This document shows positions 58,486-64,000 of a DNA stretch of 64,000 nt, piece by piece. How positions within the stretch are numbered: position 1 is the first letter of the stretch; the number at the start of each line of letters is the position of its first letter. Under the pieces are notes generated by a model, which saw only the letters and a list, made by a program, of their open reading frames with translations, ran no database searches and had not been told where the DNA came from. The DNA comes from Bacillota bacterium (lineage in GTDB: Bacteria > Bacillota > UBA994 > UBA5500), in contig JBMNFA010000007.1 in the NCBI GenBank assembly GCA_050949055.1, positions 64,749 to 128,748 of the forward strand. The letters run 5' to 3'. The translations under genes were made by a program, and so were the position numbers.

Positions 58486-61400
58486 GACCATTACGACTGC
58501 AATTGGCAGGCCTGAACAGCTTCAAAGAGATGCAGGAGATCGATTTCTCCCGGCTGTGCCAAGGGAATGTATTTGGCATTTTCGGCCCCACCGGCAGCGG
58601 CAAGTCCACCATCATCGATGCCATCACCCTGGCGCTCTACGGTACGGTGGAACGAGCCAACCGCCGCACCCAAGGAATCGTCAATCAGGCGCTGGCGGAA
58701 GCCAGTGTGCTCTTTGAGTGGCAGCTCGGCAGCGATGAGCAGCAAAAGACCTATCGGGTGGAGCGGAAGTACATAACCAAGGATGACAGTGTCAACTGTC
58801 GCCTGGCGCGCTTGTCTGAGCTGCAGGGGGAAGAGGCGGTAGTATTGGCGGATAAGGCTTCTCAGGTGGATCAGGCGGTACAGGAGATATTGGGGCTGAG
58901 CAAGGATGACTTTACCCGGGCAGTCGTCTTGCCGCAGGGTCGCTTCGCCGAGTTTCTCACCCTGCAGGGAACTGAGCGACGTCGTATGCTGGAGCGGATC
59001 TTCGGATTGGAGCAATTTGGCGAGCAGTTGCACCGTCTGACGGGAGAGCGCCTGCGGGCGGCGGAGGCAAGCCTGGAAAATACCATTCATTCTCAGGAGA
59101 TGCTGGGTGCGGCCAAGGAACAGGACGTGAAGGCAGCAGAGCTCAACGTAGGCGAATGCACTGCCCATCTTGCCGACTGCAGGCAGGTGGCTGCTGAGGC
59201 AAAGGCCAAGCAGGAACGGTTCGGCCGGGTGCGGGAGAAGCAGCAGGAGCTCTGCCGGGTGGAGGAATCGCTGCATCAACTGCATCAGCAGGATGCAGCC
59301 ATTCACAGCCTGGAGCAGAAGCTGGAGCGGCACGAGGCAGCTCAGCGGGTGGCTGCTGCTCTGCAGGCAGCCGATGCGGCAGAGCTGCGTGAACAACAGG
59401 CCAAGGTTGCCTTGGAGAGACTATCTGCGGAAGTCAGCGAGTTGGAGGAACAGGAGTCCCAGGCAAGGTCCATGTTGGTGGCTGCACAAACGGCAAAAGT
59501 GCAACAGGAAGAGCCACTGCTGCAGCGGCTGGAACAACTGAAACAGGCACTGAAGCTGGAGCGGCAAGTGGATACCCTTCGTCCCCAACTAAGCAAATGG
59601 CAGCAGGTTGAGCTCCAATTGAGCCAGCAACTGCGTCAGCAACAGGCCACTTTGCAGGCCGATCGTTTGGCAGCTACAGATTTATCGCAGCAACTGGAAC
59701 AGATACAATCCGAGCGGTCAAAGAATCAGGTGGACCCGGAACAGCGTCAGCAGCTCTCAACTGCGCTGGCTACCCGGGACCGCCTGCGAGCAGCGAGCAG
59801 CCTGCTGCAGGAAGTGGAGTCGGAAGTTGCAGAGCGCAGGCAGCAGTTGGATGCTGCGCGGAGCCAGCTGGCAGCCCTGGCCCAGGAGCAGACCCAGCAT
59901 CAGCAACAGCAGCAACAGCGGCAACAGGCGATAGTGCAGCTGGCAGAACAGGAAACCGCACCGGTGGATAGCCAGCAGATAGAAGAGGCTCAAGGCTACC
60001 TCAGCATCGCGCAGCAACTCACCTATGAGCAGCAACAGCTTGAGCGGCAGCAGGATGAGACCAGCCGGTTGGACCAATCAATCCAGCACCAACAAGCTGG
60101 CATTCAGTCCAGCCAGCAGCAGCTGGCCGAAGCCGCAGCCGCCCTACGGGAGACGACAGCAGAGGTAATCAGCAGGGAGCAGGCGTTGGAGCGCCTGCGG
60201 GACGAGGATAGAGCGGCTTTGCTGGCGCAACAACTGCAGCCGGGTCAACCATGCCCGGTCTGCGGTTCGCTGTCGCATCCGCATCCATCCATGCCCCAGG
60301 ATAGCCAGCTCTTGGTTCACGCCCAGGAGCAACTGCAGTTGGCACGCCAACAGCTGCAGTCGGCACAAGAACAGCTGTCCCACCTACGGGCGACCCTAGC
60401 ACAGCAGGAGGCTGAGCTGGCTCGGCAACAGATCTCTTGGGAGGCAGCTGTGTCAGAACAGCAGACAATGGCATCCAAAATTGAACAGCAGTTGGGACGA
60501 TTACCAGAAGCTTGGGTCGACAGTGGTGACTGCATATCCGTGACCGCGCTTGCACAAGCTCACTGGCGGCGGCTGAGTCAGCAGCTGGCCGAGCGTTCGC
60601 AGTGGCAGCAGGCCTGGGATGAGGGCAATCGGTTGCTGCAGCAATGCTCAAGGCTGGTGGAGAACACCAAGCAACAGATACAACTGCAGGAGCAGACGGT
60701 AGAAAGCCAGGAGCGCGAGCTGGCCCGCCAGGCCAGCAAGGGATACCAGTTGGGCCAGCAGGTGGCTGCTTTGCAGCAGGAGTTGGCAGCACAGGTTGCA
60801 GCGCTGGGCGAGGCAGATCTGGATATCGTGGAGCAGCGCCATCGGGCGATGGACCGTCAGCTGATGCTGCTGGACCGACAGCTGCGCCAGCGCCAAGCGG
60901 AACAGACGGCTTTGGAGGATAGACTGCGCCGGGCAGAACAGCTGGAAGGTGAACTGAAACAGCAACATGTGCAGGTGACTACCGAGTGCCGCCTGGAACA
61001 GGCCAAACTGGAGCAGCTAGAGGCGGAGCTTTTGGGGCTGACCAATGGTGCCCCGGCAGCAGACCTGCTGCGCTCTGCTGAGCAGACGTTGGCAACCCTG
61101 CGCCACAAAGCTGGCGCTGCCCAGACAGCGCTGGAGCAGATACAAGGCCAGGCGGCCGCTGCTCGCCAGCAGTTTACTGCAGCGCAGGAAGCTTATCGTC
61201 TGGCCAGCGTAGGGCTGAGTGAAGCTGCCGCCGGCCTGGCTAGTGCCCTGCAGCGGGAGCAGTTCATTACCCGTGGGGAAGCCGAATTGGCGCTGGACTG
61301 GGCGGACCTGGTGCCGGAATGGAAACGGCAGATCGAGCAGCATCGGCAAGCGGCGAGCAATCTGCGGAATCGGCGGTTGCAGTTGATCAAGGAGCTGGAT

Positions 61401-62090
61401 GGACAATCCATCAGTGAAGAAATGTGGCAACAATTGGTGCGGGAAGCCGAGCATGCGGCCGCCGCCCAAGAACAGGCGGTGGTGGCCTTGACCAAGGCCG
61501 AGACAGCCCTGGCCGACGTACAGCAGCGACACCTGCAGTGGCTGGCACTGGAGCAGCAACGAGTGCCGTTGGCTCAGCAAAGGGACCTGTTGGCTGAGTT
61601 GTCTTCCCTGCTGCGGGGCAACGCACTGGTGGAGTTCATGGCCGGCGAGCATCTGGATGCCATCGCTGGCATTGCCACCGACTGGTTGGGCGTGCTGACC
61701 GGCCGGCGCTATGCCCTGGAGGTGGCTCCCGATGGTGGCTTTATGGTGCGGGATGACGGCAACGGTGGCGAGCGGCGCCCAGTGCATACCCTCTCGGGAG
61801 GGGAGACGTTCATCACCTCGCTGGCACTGGCCCTCGCGCTCTCATCGCAGGTACAGCTGCGGGGCAAGTATCGCCTCGAGTTCTTCTTCCTGGATGAAGG
61901 CTTTGGCAGCCTCGATCCTAACCTGCTGGAAGTGGTGATGGGCTGCCTGGAGCGCATGCAGGGGCAGCAGATGTCCATCGGCATCATCAGCCACGTGCCG
62001 GAGCTGAGGGAGCGTATCCTGCGTCAAGTGCTGGTGACTCCTGCAGAGCAGGGGGGCCGCGGCTCGCGCGTGCAGGTGTGCTTGGGCTGA
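58484..62090 (+). CDS. sbcC: Exonuclease SbcCD subunit C (Rad50-like)
   Basis: The GTG start overlaps the sbcD stop (GTGA). Walker A GPTGSGKST; zinc hook CPVCGS near 60250; Walker B/D-loop FFLDEGFGSLD at the C-terminus. The ORF-track N-terminal extension (58191..58483) is the alternate frame of sbcD. Confidence 0.9.
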
Positions 62091-62297
62091 AACTGGAATA
62101 AACCGCAGGCCAGACATAGAGCATGTCTGGCCTGAATACTGTTGTACAAACGGTCAAATGAGATTCAGAGTAATTGAGAAAGATTTTCAATCAGGGCTGG
62201 ACTTTGCCATCGGCTGTGCATATAATGTATACAACCAGGGATATTGAAAATGAAAATCAGTCTCGAGTAACTCGCGGCTCTTTTTTTCAGAGTCGAT

Positions 62298-62312
62298 TGA
62301 GAACGGTTCTCA
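62298..62312 (+). promoter_or_regulatory. Perfect 7-1-7 palindrome TGAGAAC-G-GTTCTCA 18 nt upstream of feoA start; candidate metalloregulator operator
   Basis: Perfect dyad; related half-sites (TTGAGAAAGATTTTCAA, TGAAAATGAAAATCA) lie 60-110 bp further upstream. Confidence 0.35.
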
Positions 62313-62329
62313 AATCAAGGAGGGGTACT

Positions 62330-62578
62330 ATGAGGTTGGCAGACCTACGTCCCGGAGAGCGGGCGGTGGTATCCAAAATCATGAACGATACGGTACGAGC
62401 CCAAGCGATTCGTTTTGGAATTGCCGAGGGGTCCGAAATCAGCTGTGAAGAGGTGATCTCTCGCGGCCCGGTGATGATTCGCCGCGGGTTGATGCAGTAT
62501 GCCATCGGACGCAAGCTGGCTGAACAGATCGCAGTTCATCCCAGATTTGGTGGGCGGCGTCATCGAGGAGGTAGATAG
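62330..62578 (+). CDS. feoA: Ferrous iron transport protein A
   Basis: 83 aa SH3-like FeoA. An RBS (AAGGAGGGG) precedes it. Confidence 0.75.
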   Translation: MRLADLRPGERAVVSKIMNDTVRAQAIRFGIAEGSEISCEEVISRGPVMIRRGLMQYAIGRKLAEQIAVHPRFGGRRHRGGR

Positions 62579-62581
62579 CCA

Positions 62582-64000
62582 ATGGCTGCAGCACTACCAA
62601 GCTGTCATGGCCACATAGGGACCCTGAAGATACCCCCGGGGGCGAAGAAGATTGTTTTGGTGGGCAACCCCAATTGCGGCAAATCCGTGTTTTTCAACGC
62701 CTTTACCGGCATGTACGTCGATGTCTCCAACTTTCCCGGGACCACAGTGGAGATCACTGCTGCCCCGCTAGGCAAAGACATGTTGATCGATACTCCCGGC
62801 GTCTACGGCATATCCAGCTTTAATGACGAAGAGCGGGTGACCCGGGACATTGTGCTGCAGGCGGACGTGGTGATCAACATTGTCAATGCAGTGCATCTGG
62901 AGCGAGACCTGTTCCTGACTCAGCAACTGATCGACCTCGGCATTCCCATGGTCGTTGCGCTGAACATGATGGATGAAGTGCGCCACAACGGACTGTACAT
63001 TGATATCCAGGCCCTCGCCCAGGAGCTGGGGGTTCCAGTAATTCCCACGGTGGCCGTCAGCGGTAAGGGAATTAAAGAGGTGAAACAGGCTATTCCCATG
63101 GCCCGAGCAGGCCGGGCCAACCCGTTGGTTGTCCAGAGGCTCCACGATCCGGAGCTGCCCTCCACTGACCGGCGGCAAGCGTTGCTGCTGTTGGAGGACG
63201 ACCAGGACACCCTTGATTTACTGCAGTTGCCCCCGAGTGGCCACAGGGACGCCATTTACACTCAGCGGAGAGAACGGGTTAATGTCGTCGTCTCCCGGGT
63301 TCTGCGACAGACCAACAGCGGTGCGTCCTTCGGTGTAATCCTGGGCCGGCTGATGGTGCGCCCATGGACTGGGATCCCGCTGCTCTTACTCACTTTAGGC
63401 GGCATGTACTGGGTCTTAGGGGTGCTGATCGCCGATCGGGTGGTAGGAATCACCGAAGAAACGATTATGCAGGGGCTGTATGAACCCTTCATCCGCAATC
63501 TAATCGGAGGCTGGCTTAACCCCGCCAGCGCCCTCGGGCACATCCTGATCGGCGAGTTCGGTGTCTTGACTATGACTGTCACTTATGTGCTGGGTCTGCT
63601 GTTGCCCTTGGTGATCGGTTTCTATCTGTTGCTGTCCCTCATGGAGGATTCTGGGTACTTACCCCGGGTGGCAGTGCTGGTGGATAAAGCCCTGACCAAG
63701 ATCGGCCTCAACGGGCGGGCTGTTATTCCGTTGATCCTGGGCTTTGGGTGCGTGACCATGGCCACCATCACCACCCGGTTGTTGGGTTCGAAGCGGGAGC
63801 GGATGATCGCCATCGCCCTGCTCGCGCTGACCATTCCCTGCTCCGCGCAACTGGGTGTGATCACCGGGATGATCGCTCCCTTGGGATGGAAGTACATCAG
63901 TATCTATCTGATCACAATTCTGGCTGTATTCGCCATAGTTGGCACCCTGCTAAACAAGGTATTGCCCGGGAAATCGACCGATCTGTTTATCGACCTCCCG
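62582..64000 (+). CDS. feoB: Ferrous iron transport protein B (N-terminal G domain and start of membrane domain; continues past window end)
   Basis: G1 motif GNPNCGKS, G4 motif LNMMDE, then membrane helices. No stop lies within the window. Confidence 0.85.
   Translation, partial: MAAALPSCHGHIGTLKIPPGAKKIVLVGNPNCGKSVFFNAFTGMYVDVSNFPGTTVEITAAPLGKDMLIDTPGVYGISSFNDEERVTRDIVLQADVVINIVNAVHLERDLFLTQQLIDLGIPMVVALNMMDEVRHNGLYIDIQALAQELGVPVIPTVAVSGKGIKEVKQAIPMARAGRANPLVVQRLHDPELPSTDRRQALLLLEDDQDTLDLLQLPPSGHRDAIYTQRRERVNVVVSRVLRQTNSGASFGVILGRLMVRPWTGIPLLLLTLGGMYWVLGVLIADRVVGITEETIMQGLYEPFIRNLIGGWLNPASALGHILIGEFGVLTMTVTYVLGLLLPLVIGFYLLLSLMEDSGYLPRVAVLVDKALTKIGLNGRAVIPLILGFGCVTMATITTRLLGSKRERMIAIALLALTIPCSAQLGVITGMIAPLGWKYISIYLITILAVFAIVGTLLNKVLPGKSTDLFIDLP

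Overview
This 64 kb window reads as high-GC (~60%) Firmicutes/Clostridia-type chromosome: it carries a tyrS T-box leader and an addB-addA / sbcD-sbcC locus. Most of it is housekeeping and DNA-repair genes. I found no rRNA, tRNA, cas, integrase or transposase genes.

Gene content, in order:
- Metal and redox: copA 3' end, an FAD oxidoreductase.
- Repair and envelope: a YcaQ/AlkZ-like winged-helix protein, a secreted protein plus CPBP protease, and a YhaO/YhaN-like SbcCD paralog pair.
- Selenium/sulfur trafficking operon: yedE, yedF/tusA, DUF3343, class-V cysteine desulfurase.
- Fe-S/cofactor cluster: Mrp/ApbC, DUF5320, NifX-like, two MinD-ferredoxin ATPases, a second NifX-like, RidA, DUF134.
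- pepA, T-box-tyrS, ogt, an MFS transporter, a DinG-like helicase, a YheO-like regulator plus histidine phosphatase, and an aldo/keto reductase with a ferredoxin domain.
- An operon of a small protein, arginine deiminase, a hypothetical and nfo.
- Lipid and quinone genes: UgtP-like glycosyltransferase, polyprenyl synthase, MenA-like prenyltransferase, ttcA, wecA/tagO-like.
- Base-excision-repair trio: mpg, nth, and an RNase HI fused to a YVTN beta-propeller.
- A MerR/TipA-like regulator with a MATE pump, M20 peptidase, MFS, GNAT acetyltransferases, addAB, sbcDC, feoAB.

The most notable observations:
- A peroxiredoxin gene on the minus strand (30135..30608) is missed by the ORF track because an in-frame TGA sits exactly at the peroxidatic-cysteine codon. 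This is a likely selenocysteine enzyme. It lies about 19 kb from the selenium-utilisation operon.
- A dispersed family of at least 8 palindromic elements with a GGGGACWGTCCCC core occurs at gene ends, inside the tyrS leader and in a divergent promoter.
- The unusual RNase HI-beta-propeller fusion is translationally coupled to nth.
- Two sets of orphan repeats: a 36-bp direct repeat pair with a 34-bp spacer, and three tandem GCAACAYC..GRTGTTGC hairpins.
- A frameshifted GNAT gene is bracketed by two copies of the palindromic element.
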